DNA of 39,600 bases. It comes from Phoronis australis. Taxonomy: Eukaryota > Animalia > Phoronida. A program made the translations under genes and the position numbers. This document shows, piece by piece, positions 12,281-24,152 of the stretch; within the stretch, counting starts at the first letter, position 1, and each line of letters starts with the position of its first letter. Location: the NCBI GenBank assembly GCA_002633005.1, contig NMRA01001213.1:1-39600 (forward strand), in the 5' to 3' direction. Below the pieces are notes generated by a model. The model was not told the DNA's origin. It did no database searches and saw nothing but the letters and a program-made list of their open reading frames with translations.

Positions 12281-13969
12281 TTTACCCACCAAAGAGGTTG
12301 CGGCTATATGAGGACACTTCCATGTGTTAGACGCGGCACTTTCGAGCTTTACCGCACCAGGCTTCAGGGCGATATGGGATAGATTCCCATCTAGGTCTTA
12401 ACCATTGTAAATCCCATCTGTTTACATCAATAATACCTCCAGTCCTGTTGGAATAGTACCAAGTCTAGTTTTATGTAATTCCAGTATCCGCCATGTACCC
12501 AAACCATAAGTACGTCTGGAGCCGAGGTCACACACTTGTCAAACCGCTGGCATTCAAGCTCGTTCTACATGGGTATCCAGACCCCAACTGTGCTTCACTC
12601 CTTGTTCAAGGCTTAAAATAGCTAGTGTCACGCACTATCGTCACGCGCTTCCCTCTGTCACGCGCTAGCCTTTGCCTAACGCGCGTGACTCAGTGGACAT
12701 ACTTTCGGTTATGGCGCGCGCGGTGAAAAAGTCAACGGGAACCAAAAAAGTGGAGTTGAAATTCTTCGGCAAAATCACCCCAATCTCATAACTAAGCTTC
12801 ATCGAAGATATGTATAGAAGTAAAATAAATGGATCCATGAAGAAATGAACCGCTTTTTAAGTGATAGTTTTAAGTGTGGAATGTATTTTTGACGAGGTTA
12901 AACTCAAAATCAGTGGCCGGATTTGGCCAGACGAAATGGTACAGAAAGCGATGAGAAGTATTCTAGCCCCCAACCGGCCAACCGAGGGGCTACGCGTTGA
13001 CTAGCCCCTGTCCTACCAGCCCCGTTGATAACCTTTTTACCTCGCCGCCGGGTCTCATCCCCAAAGCAGACGGCGATTGTCACACGATATACCACTTAAT
13101 ACCCAGGGAAGTGGTGAAATGGCGAGGGATTGGTTTGGGTTTGAGGGATCATTAAAATTGAAAGAAATCGGCCGTTAGAAAAGCCATCTTTGGCTACAAC
13201 TAATAAATAAGGGAAGTGTCGTTTGTCCAGGACAATTAACGACGAACGGGAAGGAGTCTACTAGTTATAAACTTGTCTAATTAGGAAAACTTACGAGTGA
13301 ATGTACTGTTGCTTGAGGCTGGGCCAACAGGAAGCTAGAGAGAAAGAACAAACAGCGCAACCATCAGACTTGGTAGGAACTAACCAGCAGTTGGATATGA
13401 AGCATGAAGGGCTCTATAATGGTATTTGCCCAAATAATAGGATTTATGTCAGAGTGCCATCAATCTCATTATACCATAGGTAAACCAAAGCTTAGCCGTT
13501 TTGATTTCTCAATGATTTAATTTTCGCTTTGTTGTATAACCGACTGGCTGAAAAAGTGGATAACAATTGATGGGATGAGTGTAAGATGTTTGTCAGCCTG
13601 ACAAAAGCCTCCGTCATTCAAAAATTCCAACAAAAGGTGTGATGATGATGAACTCACTTTTATTGGCAGAGTTCAGATGAACGCACATTACCTCTACACA
13701 GTGATCACTGTCTCATGCTGGCCCAGTAGAGACGGTGGAGCTCCTATACGAGCTTCATACGCCGGAAGCTTTTCGGCAAATTATGACTCACACTCACTAA
13801 AACATCAAAGTCACGTTGTTATAAATACCTGTTGAGCACAGACTGACACCTTAGGGACCGTCAGTGTATTTAATACATTCCAANCCAGCAGTTGGATACG
13901 AAGCATAAAGGGCTCTATAATGGTATTTGCCCAAATAATAGGATTTATGTCAGAGTGCCACAAATCTCA

Positions 13970-14290
13970 TTAATTACGTTCGTAATCACGGGATTAAGCT
14001 CGTAAAACACGAGCGAAGTCTTGGTATTAATTACGCTCGTAATCCCGGGATTGAGCTCGTAAAACACGAGCAAAGTCTTGGTCGTGATCACGAGCGTAAT
14101 TAAGAGCGAATGATTTTGGCAGTAAAACGCGACCGAAATCTTGGTCGTGATTACAATATGGACGGCGCACCATAAGGGACTGGGGGGTATGGCCCCCCAC
14201 TTTTTTCAATGCCACACCGCACATGGTCTTTAGGCGGTGCACCACTTATTTCAGTGCTGCGCCGCCCAATGTACGAGCGTATAAGCGCGA
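13970..14290. mobile_element. Palindromic/tandem MITE-like repeat (~57-bp units) interrupted by a nested MITE
   Basis: taattacg(t/c)tcgtaatc..gctcgtaaaacacgagc..aagtcttggt occurs twice. Inverted arm gatcacgagcgtaattaa at ~14086-14103. Confidence 0.5.
14157..14271 (-). mobile_element. MITE copy 2 (family of 2974-3117)
   Basis: Reverse-complement homology. Ends tatggacggcgca ... tgcgccgcccaatg. Confidence 0.65.
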
Positions 14291-14505
14291 CACTTTCAAC
14301 CGAACGGCCCACGATAAGAAAGAGAGCGTTCTCGCGTTACCTCTTGCCAAACTCTGAGATCTGGCGTGCTTAAATGAGAGATTAAACCCCAGTCCATACT
14401 CGGACAGAAATATTAAGTCTTGGAATGACTTGACGTAGTTGTTTATCTGATTGTATACATGTATTTGAGTATTACCTAAGTTACACTGGAAATGGGAACA
14501 CCCCA

Positions 14506-14594
14506 TTCCGAAGGTTCATTACTCCGAAGGTTCACTACTCCGAACGTTCACTATTCCGAAGGTTCACTATTCCAAAGGTTCACTACTCTGAAGA
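14506..14594 (+). repeat. 16-bp tandem repeat (YTCCGAAGGTTCACTA x ~5.5), probably a transposon subterminal array
   Basis: Direct reading. The same motif occurs inverted at 27217-27324 and direct at 38898-39014. Confidence 0.75.
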
Positions 14595-15109
14595 TATTTC
14601 AAATTTCGGACTCGGGTGTAATTTTATACTGTTGCGTGTAAAAATAAGCTACACTTCGGTTATTAGATGCACTAAGTGTTGTACATGTACCTATGATAAT
14701 AACAACGCCCAATTAAAGAATTTTTTTGCATTCCATGCGAAAGCGAAAGTAACCACATGTCTTAAGAATACGGAAAAATGAATACGTACTTGCATTTCTA
14801 TTTGTATTATCAACCACGATACCGTTTTCAAATCCATGTCAAGGTTGCGTAGAGTTTAGGGCCGCTGCGCCTCAACCTCACCCTTCAGAACCACGCGCAC
14901 GAACATATCGAAACTAAATGTACATGTAGTTAGTAGGCTACCTTGTCCCTATCAGTCTTCACACACGCGGACACGCAAGCATGTCACTCCACTGATCCAC
15001 AATCGCGACCCCTTTCTATTTGAAATTTGAAAATGTGCGCACTTGTCATATGCTAACAAGTATACGGAAATAGCAGATGTCAAACCTATTTTCTACTGTT
15101 TCGTTTTTG

Positions 15110-15500
15110 GTCGATTTTAAGATATTCACGCCGCTCTACTTTTTGGGATTTTGGTATCTCTATCGTGGCTAAATAGCTTAGCTAGGCGTAGGCATTTACT
15201 TCTAAACTTCCTTGTTACCCTATGGTGTAGCCACCACGTGCGTTCAATGCCTATGAATAACACATAGTATAAAGCCTGCTCTAGTCAGCTGCACGATCCT
15301 GTCATCTACGCAAAACACCACTCGGCCGAAGTTGGTCGAGTACGGCACGATGATCACGTGAAGCACTTTGAATCAGACGAAAATTCACAATTTTTAGTAA
15401 CTTAGTAAGTAATCCTAGTAGCTGCGACAATTTTGTTGTTGTTGTTGTTGTTGTCTATCTATATCCTAGCTTATACATGTACGTATACGCTGGGGATGGA
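15110..15500 (+). repeat. Dispersed repeat, homologous to 36420-36800 (inverted)
   Basis: Shared words include tgcacgatcctgtcatctac, gtagccaccacg, tagctgc.acaattttg and gctgggg.tgga. Confidence 0.7.
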
Positions 15501-16444
15501 ACGAAGCCCCCGAACCTTCCTGGCTACGGCATGTATTTGACTTGGTCGCATTGCCACGCGCGGAGTAGTTTCCTAAAGTACAGCATCCACGCTGCGAATT
15601 TTTTAATCTCCCTGTACGCTGGCAAGGGTATAACAGATGGGACATACACTGCACTTCGTATAAAAGACCGAGTTAGCATACAGCGTATGACTGGAGAAAT
15701 TCGCCGTCAGTCACCGCGATTGTATGATGTGGTCTTCTGCCATCTCCTGCTTCATTGCGATGTTTGCATTAGCACAGCATGTGAGAGGCGAAAAGCAGCT
15801 ATTTTCCAGGGATTCACAAGGGTAAGATACATGTAGATAAGAAGTGATAGATAATCAAGACGCGTCGTTGCTCAGTCAAATGACGTTCCTTAGACATAGT
15901 TAGGCAAGACTCAACATTGGTACATCGCAGGTAACATGAATGTTGTATTGGACACCCAAAATGTATATAGCCCGTTTTAGTGATCCCCATTTTATTTGCT
16001 GCCCCCTGTCTGTCGTTGGTGGTAAGAAAGGATAACAGAACGCACAGCATTGTGGTCCAGAAGATTTGGAGGAACTGAACTTGCCAAAGATTTGTTTTCT
16101 TGATAAGACGAACAAGCAGAGCAAGTTCACCGACTCTATTTCATAAATCAAAAAAGTTGCAGTGTGTTCCAATTCTTTGTTCAAACTACAAATGCTTGTT
16201 TTTTAAGAAACTTTTATGGTGCTCCTGGAACAGGAGCACTGTAATCAGGGCAACTTCTACTCAAACATTTCACGATCTTTTATCCGACCAGTCGGAAAAC
16301 GGTCAACGACCGGTCGTCTAGCCGACCAGCAGCAGAACGGCAACGGTCTGGCAGGAATCGTCAGCTGTCGCCACTTAGACGACTGGTTAGGATAATGCGT
16401 ATCCTTGGTCGGCAATTACCAATTTATGAGTAAGCTGGGCAAAC

Positions 16445-16690
16445 TAACATCCACTGTTTGCCGTTCGTACTCCAGTGGCCATTCATGTCTTGACCACGGT
16501 TCATCAACTTTTGCTCGATTATTTAAAGGAGAAAGCAACCTTTTTCATGTCAATTTTAGTAAAATACAGTTCGTTGTTTATCTCAAATACATTTTTAATA
16601 ACGGTTTCCGTGATTTTATTAATTAGTCGTGCCTCACTGCAGGGGTTAAGTATTTCCCGACATTTTGTTTTCATATAGTCTGACTGTAAA
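16445..16690 (+). repeat. Diverged repeat, homologous to 19380-19615 (inverted)
   Basis: tttaaagg.gaaag, ttttagtaaaa, gttcgttg.ttatc, tttattaatt.gtcgtgc and tttccc are shared in reverse complement. Confidence 0.65.
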
Positions 16691-16768
16691 ACCTGTCGAG
16701 TCAGTCATTGTTTACCTCGGTTGTGATCAGTTCGGTTGTCGTTTCCGTTTGTTTACGAGTCAGTCAAC

Positions 16769-17310
16769 ATGCCACACGGTTGTTTCGTACCGAAGTGTAC
16801 GCCTATCGTTTAACTCTCGTATGCAAGACACTGCTTTCCGAAAAATGACATGCTCCGCCGTACTTGTCTCGTTCGTATGAAGATTGCAGCGTCACCATCC
16901 ACAAAACGTGCAGAGCACTGCAGAATAAATGCCGAGTGTGTGGCAGGCATTTTCTGTCGTTGGAATACGAAAGAGATATGAACGCGGAATCGGTGAAGGT
17001 CCTTCCAAAACAACCCATAAAAAGGGTGCCATACAATCGCAGTGCCCTACCGCCATCCCTGCTTCATACATTTCGCGAGCTGTGGCCACTACACTGACTG
17101 GAGACGATTAATCTACTCTCGTCCGTGCCTCCGAACGCACCCCCAGAGCGTGCAATTCCGGAAACTAGCAGTAATTTGAGCTGTGCTGGTGTTGTCTCTA
17201 GCCCAGAACCTGTAAGTAGCCCTTCAGTGATAATGAATAGTGGTAGTGAATACAGGCCAAGTTCCACACGTAGTGGGGATAACAGTTCGTTGTCTAGTGG
17301 TCAGGTCGGC
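16769..17310 (+). pseudogene. Degenerate THAP-domain (transposase N-terminus) remnant
   Basis: MPHGCFVPKCT..*..HCFPKNDMLRRTCL / RVCGRHFLSLEYERDM / KKGAIQS across one stop and two frameshifts, followed by a Ser/Pro-rich linker. Confidence 0.7.
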
Positions 17311-17838
17311 GAGCCAAACTTTTATAACTTTATTGTAGACTTGACTTAAAGGAGCATGCCACCCAAAAAACAACCTAATTTGTATCAATTTAGATCGAGT
17401 AGTTCTCCTCGATAGCGGCATGTACGGTTGCGTTACCTGACACCTGACGGCAGACGGAGGTGATGAAATTTTCCACTGACGTCATCGGTTTCACACGCAG
17501 TCTGTTCAGCAGTTCACAACACGGGTAACTGGTGTCAGCTTATCGCTTGAATTCATCGTTTAACACCAATTAATGATCAAACTTCGCTGTAAAACCCTTA
17601 AAAATACACCGAGTTCTTATAAAAACGTGTTGTCTTATTTCACTGTTACGGATTTATTGGTATTTGGACACACCGTAGCAAACAAATTTCGGCAGTCCAA
17701 CTTACCAAGGTCCGTATCAGGAGTTCGTGTTCTGTTCGGAGATAAATTCTAAGTACTTTTCCGTGAAATACAGACAGTGGGACCTAGATCTGTGTTGTTT
17801 AGACTTGTGTTTTTTAGTTCTAAACACAAAAAACGCTT

Positions 17839-17947
17839 GTTATCCCGGCCAGTGTCTCGGAACCCGATTAGGCTCGTCGCGGCCGGACTGACTCGTTATC
17901 CCGGCCAGTGGCTCGGAACCCAATCAGGCCCGTCGCGACCGGACTGA
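17839..17947. repeat. GC-rich 56-bp tandem duplication inside the Kolobok element
   Basis: gttatcccggccagtg.ctcggaaccc begins at 17839 and again at 17895. Confidence 0.85.
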
Positions 17948-18498
17948 AGACATCACGAACATTAACCAGCCAAAGTTGGAAACTAAGCTTGAAGTCAAGA
18001 AAATACTATACTAGTGAGCTAAAGAAGTAATGTGCACGTGATTATTTTGGTGAAGCCACGAAACTGCAAATCTACTAAGGCCTACTCGTCGGGGGCCGTG
18101 AATTCAGGTTCCCGTTTGGCCACAGAACCGCCAGGGCAGAAGTTGTACATTGACAATCATTATTTGAATAATATATAAGTAAATAAAGATTCCCCTATCA
18201 CCTGGCCGTGGGATGGAATATCGAGTTATTGTTTCACAACAGATTCTGTCCGCAAACACTGAATTGCTTGCGCTCACACGGCCTCGGTGTCCGGTCAAAT
18301 TAGTTTTATTGCACCTAAAGCCGGTAACGCAGTGATTTATTCATTGCTGGCTTCTCAAATAATTTGCACTCACGAACACTCCAAAGGCATTACAAATTGC
18401 ATCTAATGGGACACACTTTCTTTCAGTTTTATATATAAGTATTGGTTAGTTTGAGAATAATTCATTTTGAAACAGAACGCTTAGTAATAAACGTCAAC

Positions 18499-18720
18499 AT
18501 GGCAACTCGCAATCCCGACTTGGAGGAGTATTCATCTGACGAAGACTTCCCAGGTAGATCGTTAGTTTTCTCAGGATATCTGTTCGAACCAGCTAGAGTA
18601 CACTGATCAAGAAGTATTAGAGAAGCGCCGTGAACGTGCACAAACAATGGAGCACATGGATAGTTCCGAAAACCGTCTCATGCTGTCAGTGCGCTTACTG
18701 CACCATAATGGAAACAACTG
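18499..18720 (+). pseudogene. 5' remnant of a KolX / P2X7-ballast-like ORF
   Basis: aacATGG start. MATRNPDLEEYSSDEDF..GYLFEP / EYTDQEVLEKRRE..SENRL / CQCAYCTIMET (two frameshifts), matching the Y-x-FEP..RL..WC-x-C-x-x-C-x-x-M-x-T pattern. Confidence 0.65.
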
Positions 18721-19045
18721 ATCCACGTTTCTTTGCTTCCTGCCTGCCGAACGCAAACACACTAGGCACAGTATCTGACTTCAGCCTCGGTTGCTTTTTC
18801 TGCCCTGGCATGAGCTGTTTGGCAAGCCGGAATTCGTCAGTGAAATCACTGTCCACGAAATGTCGGCCACAGACACGGAGGTGTTTCACGGCCTCGTACT
18901 TGGTATGAACTCCGTACTTGTCCTTTTTCACTGCCGCGAGCCACTTCCGAAGCATTTCGGGCTCTCGAGGAAATCGAAAAAACGATGTACCCGCTTTCCT
19001 CGCCGCTTCATAGTTCGAACAGGCAGGAACGACACACCACATCAT
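18695..19045 (-). CDS. THAP (C2CH zinc finger) ORF; truncated transposase N-terminus
   Basis: gccATG at 19045. CVVPAC..FFRFP..W..RVCGRHF..LKSDTVPSVF is a complete THAP signature. The last codons run antisense into the KolX-like remnant. Confidence 0.85.
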   Translation of the reverse strand: MMWCVVPACSNYEAARKAGTSFFRFPREPEMLRKWLAAVKKDKYGVHTKYEAVKHLRVCGRHFVDSDFTDEFRLAKQLMPGQKKQPRLKSDTVPSVFAFGRQEAKKRGSVVSIMVQ

Positions 19046-19379
19046 GGCGGAATTCACTCTGCATACGAACCACTGACGTCGCTGCGGACTTTCTCACCTT
19101 CCTCACAGGCTAACGCGACACCTCTTGGCAAGGTAAGGTCGACCGTGTACGAGCCGATATGGCCCCAGACCGATTAAGACGGTAAAAAAGACTAATTAAA
19201 TCGGGTGGCATTAGCCTTTAAGTGTTATAGATATTGCTACTTCAAACCAAAATATTCCTAAACCCATCGTAATTGAGTTCTTTAACATCCTAGCTTGTCG
19301 TAGAATAGTAGTCAACGGCAAGTGGCTACGACAATTTTAGGAGACCAGCACAAAAACGACAGTACAACAGATCCTCACA

Positions 19380-19615
19380 GTAACTCAAACACACTGGAAA
19401 CGAAATGCCGGGAAACTCGTAACTTCGAGAGTATTGCACGACCAATTAATAAATTTACGGGGAGCCGTAATTAACTGACGCATATGTCTGGGATAATCAA
19501 CGAACCGTGTTTTTACTAAAAATGACACAAAAACGTCACTTTCCCCTTTAAACACCCTAAAATTGAATGAGTTTACTAATTGCATGCAATTACAGCAAAG
19601 TGGATGCTCATATAC
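19380..19615 (-). repeat. Inverted homolog of 16445-16690
   Basis: Reverse-complement alignment by eye. Confidence 0.65.
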
Positions 19616-21417
19616 CGACGGCGTGCTTAGATAAAATGTTAAATGGAATAATAATTTCGAACTGTAGCTACGAGGCGTATTTAGACATAACAATCAAGAA
19701 ACATTTAAAAGTTACAGTCAAACTGCATGAAAGTCCAAAAATATCGCTGGACGTGTTGACGACGGCAGGTGTTTTCAAGCGGGAATTGGCAATTCTACAC
19801 ATAGTTATCGCATTTGATAACCTCTTCATCTGCCCATTGAAAATTATTCCATTTCCTATCATTAGTAAATAGAAAACCGTTTATTTTGGGACTAAATAAC
19901 ATTAATAACGGGTTCATCATTAACGCAGATTTTAACATTATCAATGGCAAAAGATAGGATCGGTTCTATAGGGTCGGTTGTATAGGGTCACCCGTCATAC
20001 ATCCTTTTCCAGAGCTTGACTTTCGGAATTCGTAAAAAGCTTAACATATGTTTCTTCGGATTAAAATCACAATAATACTTGATTCGAGTCTTTACACCAA
20101 GGTGTAATACTCAGAAAATAAATTATTCGAAGTAACGGCCCTCTTTACCACAGGAACTTCTACAGAGAGAAGTCCAGTTGAACGCCAGCTTAAGGGTACA
20201 TGAGTAACAAAAATGTACCTCCGCTATGAAAGAAACGATGTCCATTAGGTCGAAATAAAGTGTCCTTAAAAACAACTATTCCGGGAACTACCGCTAGACT
20301 AGTGCTGAGACTGAACAAGCAGTAGGTACCGAGACTAAGGCTGCCAGACGAGTGAAACTCCAGAGTCAAAACCAGATAGACCTACACGTTAGCCACCAAA
20401 CTGGAAAGTGCGTATCTTGGAACACATATAATTGTGTTTAACATCCGAGTAATCAAACATTGCTAAGTTCAGCTAATCGTTTGGCCGCGTTCACACAGTT
20501 TACGCCTTTCGACATCACTTTTCGGCTTAGGTATGCCCAAAAATGACGGGATATTATTATGAAGCTGCATAATGGCTGTCAGAATTATACACGCCGTATC
20601 AACACCGTGTCACCATTCTTATCGCACAATTTCTAAAGCTACTGCATAGTCTAAAATAAGTTTTACACGACAACGTGTTGTTTGTAAGGTAAAATGGCTG
20701 CTTAGAAACGCAGGCGAAGGTGTGCCAATAATGCTGCGTTCTGATTAGTGAGTTAAGTCGCCAGTCATAATCTTGGCGATAGGTCAATTGGTAGTACTGC
20801 CCTCATGTGAAGGGAATCACCACGTATACATGTACCTCGTTAAACGTTTAAGATGGTGGCCGAAACAGTGGATTCGTGTATCGTCAAAATGATAGAAGTT
20901 GCTATTGGCTGACCTTGTACGTACAGTAGTAAACGATAGCAAAGCTACATGCATGGAGCCAATGAAAGCACATGTCAAATGTTCACCTGTGCACTAGCTA
21001 AAGCAACGGGACCATACTAGTAAAAATTACATGGCCCGGGTTGCCTTCCATGAAGACAAGACTCTTGTAAATAAGGCTAGTGATATCACTTGCTCCGTTT
21101 GCATGGCGATATCACGAGAAATCTGACTTGATATTGCGCTATCGCGAGAGTAGTGCGGCTACCTACCACAACTCTGTTGGCCTACTGCGCGTAGGATCAC
21201 AGGCACGCGCTCGTGTTGATAAACTACGTTCTGATCTAAAACTTTTCAGAAGATAAAAAGGACTTTATGACGTTAGCATTACCGGAAAAATAACGAGTAG
21301 CCCATTAGATTGAGTGCCTCCGAACTGTTATGTAGTGTGAGGAATGGGAAAACGTCTTTGGTCTTTGAGTCAAGTCTTCACTGATACTAGCATCTACTTC
21401 TGTATCAACTTCTCTAG

Positions 21418-21521
21418 GTGTCTAGGGATACTTGACAGATCGCCTGGGTCTATTGAAGGCTGCAATATTGAGAGGTCCGAACAGCTTAATTGTGTGACTG
21501 CCATTAGCAATTGCCCAAAAG
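21418..21521 (+). CDS. Candidate Cys-rich exon of an unidentified gene
   Basis: Pyrimidine tract plus ctctag|G acceptor, AAG|gtaagt donor. Open frame CLGILDRSPGSIEGCNIERSEQLNCVTAISNCPK ends in phase 1. Confidence 0.55.
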
Positions 21522-21747
21522 GTAAGTACAAATTTCAACAATTTGCAGCATTCCAGCGTGTTTTTCATGAAATGTACAAAATTCCATGATCAATATTTGA
21601 TCCTTGCACACTACTAATTGACAGTGTTATCTAATGGAGTTTTTTCTACAAAGTAATCACGCATGTACCTCAGTCAAAATAAATTTGAAGTGTTCGACCT
21701 GGAATGAAACAGTATACAAACGTACTTTATTTTCACTAAATCTACTA

Positions 21748-23094
21748 AGGTGAATGTCACCAAAGAACAACCCGTTTTGTATCAATTTACGTGAGTGGAT
21801 GCACTCAGTAACATCAAGATCAGTTTTTTACGTGGCAACAGACGACAGACGGAGGTGCTGAAATTAACCAATGACGTAGGTTCTGACTAACACAGTCTGT
21901 TCAGCAGTGCACAACACGCTAACTTGTGTCAGCTTATTGCTTCACTTCATAGCTTTACACCAGTAAATCATCTTTATTCGATGCAGAACCCTTACAAATG
22001 CAGTGAGTTTTTCAACAAACAACTTATTTCATTTCGTTATTAAGGATTTATAGACATTTTAGTGAACCATAGCCTACAAAGTTAGGTAAGCCAACTTACC
22101 GAGGACGGTTGCGGTAATTAAGTTTGGTTCTGTTCGTTGAGAAATTATAATTATGCTTCCGTCAAATACAGACAAGAGAGCATAGCTGTGTGTTGTGATT
22201 TTAGATTTGCGAATTTTTTCAAGTCTAAAGACAAAAACACTCGGTATAACCCAGTGGCTCGGAACCAGATCGCGGACTAGAGACGTACGAACATAAAACA
22301 TCCGAGTTCGTCGGCTACTAAAGTTGAAAACTGGACTTCCAGTCACGAAAAATCAAACCTATTGAACCAAAGAAATAATGTGCACGTGAATATTTTGGTG
22401 AATTGGCCGCAAAATGTAAGGTTGTACAATAACAATGATTCGAATAATGAATATATACCTAAATAAAGATTCCCCTAACATCAGACCATAACATATAATT
22501 TCGAGTTATTGTTTCACAACAGCTTAATGTCGGCAAACATTGGATGCGCTCACACGTCCTCGGGTGCCCGGTCAATTACAGTTTTAATGCATCTGAAGTC
22601 ATTACACAAGTTGATTTATTCGTTGTTGGTTTCTCAATATTTGCACTCATGAACACTCCAAAGGCATTACAAATTGTATCAGCATGTACTTCATTTTTAA
22701 GTTTATATTGGTTAGAGTGAGAATAAGTCATATTGGAACAGAAATAGACCGGTCACAGACACGGAAATATGTCACAGCCTCATCCTTGAAATTAATAACG
22801 GCGTGCTTTTCATTCTTTACTGCCGCGAGCTTGTTCTGAAGCATTTCGGTTTCCCGGGAATATCGAAAAAACGATATACCCGCTTTCCTCGCAGCTTCAT
22901 GGTTCGAGAACGATACACCAAACCAGAGTGGCACACACTCAGCTCAAGAACGACGGACGTCGCTGCGTCCTTTACTCACCTTCCTCACAAGTTAATGCAG
23001 CACCTGTCGGCGAGATGAGCTCAACCGCAAACGAGGTGATGTGGATATAGACCGATTAAGGCGGTAAAAAAACGATATAAATCGGGTGTCTCTT
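21748..23094. mobile_element. Older, diverged copy of the Kolobok-type element with a decayed THAP remnant (22740-22935, minus)
   Basis: Colinear with 17350-19217. Degenerate left end AGGTGAATGTCACC, right end tcgggtgtctctt|TTAA. EAARKAGISFFRYSRETEML is homologous to the THAP ORF. The KolX-like part is deleted. Confidence 0.8.
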
Positions 23095-23118
23095 TTAATT
23101 TGATTGCAACCATACAGN

Positions 23119-23284
23119 ACGACGGACGTCGCTGCGTCGTTTACTCACCTTCCTCACAAGTTAATGCAGCACCTGTCGGCGAGATGAGCTCAACTGCAAA
23201 CGAGGTGATGTGGATATAGACCGATTAAGGCGGTAAAAAAACGATATAAATCGGGTGTCTTTTAATTTGATTGCAACCATACAG
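23119..23284. other. Duplicate of 22950-23117 across the N; probable unmerged haplotype overlap
   Basis: Near-identical direct repeat starting immediately after N23118, with two substitutions and a 2-bp indel seen. Confidence 0.8.
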
Positions 23285-24152
23285 TTTTTGCGTACAAACA
23301 GTACTGCGACAATATTCCATCAACATCAGTTTTTCTCAAACACAGTCACAAGGTGGAGCAGGTTAGCCTGTTCTATGACCTTTGTTTGTGTTTCCACACA
23401 GAAGAAAGATTAGTATCATATACAAATTGGCACCGACAATAATTGTAAATTGACCTGTTTCTGTTCAAGTCTCTTGTGTAACATGCCATAGTCAAAGGTT
23501 GGTTCCGTTGTAGATCAACAAAACACTGTAACATACAATTGATTCGAACTAGCAGCCGCATCCGGAATTCAATCCTTTTTTCTTGCAAAGACGGAAAACG
23601 CATTTTATGATTGTTCTATTTTTTTGAAGATTAAGCATGCTTCCCACATACTTTTGTAATGATTCGAAATGGAAATCAACGAAACTGGTAGGCGTGAATC
23701 TGTAGCTAAATATTCTCACTGTGTGTGCTTTTTGTCCCACTGTATCGGAGAATTACTTGTCTGTGCAAAATGCGTCGACTTAGATTAATTTGAAACTGGA
23801 TTTGGTTATGGAAAGATATTATTCATTCTTACTCAGTCATTTTTATTACGCTACATAATCTAGCGAGCAGATGTATTTTACCGGAGAAAAAACTGCTCAC
23901 TCAATCCGTAGATAAGCTTCAAAAAGAAAGTTTTAATGTTTTTACATTTATCCCAGTTCTTGAACTTTTTCATACCGAAGAGTCACTAAAACTGGAATCT
24001 CTCACCGATAACATTTTTTCAAAGGCGTTCATCCCAGGAGTGAATTTAATCATTGATTGCTTCTACGGAATGCTTTCCAGGTTTGACGTAATAAAACAAG
24101 AGATACATGTAAGCAGTATATGTCAAAGTCAGTTTACCGTTTTCTTGAACAG

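Larger units (their letters stand above)
17350..19217. mobile_element. Internally deleted Kolobok-type DNA transposon, 1868 bp
   Basis: TTAA on both sides (17346-17349, 19218-19221). 15-bp TIRs AGGAGCATGCCACCC / GGGTGGCATTAGCCT (3 mismatches). Contains THAP and KolX-like remnants. Two further copies are in the window. Confidence 0.85.

Noticed and set aside
12911-12945. hAT-like terminus CAGTGGCCGGATTT
   Set aside because: No matching opposite end or TSD was found.
14506-14594. CRISPR-like array
   Set aside because: Contiguous 16-bp units without unique spacers, no cas genes, eukaryotic context.
15477-15836. 119-aa ORF with SLYAGKGITD, faintly transposase-like
   Set aside because: Only one short word; no other catalytic motifs were found.
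18791-19177. 128-aa plus-strand ORF
   Set aside because: Antisense shadow of the THAP ORF.
20190-21675. Possible TTAA|GGGTACATG ... CATGTACC element
   Set aside because: Two alternative right ends (~20837, ~21670), neither with a clean TTAA.
22950-23284. Long terminal direct repeat on a Kolobok (KolobokP-like)
   Set aside because: The duplication includes flanking DNA beyond the TTAA and abuts an N, so an assembly overlap is the simpler explanation.
23957-24080. Candidate extra exon (good acceptor, open frame)
   Set aside because: The available donors are not phase-compatible with the 24153 exon and the peptide is uninformative.
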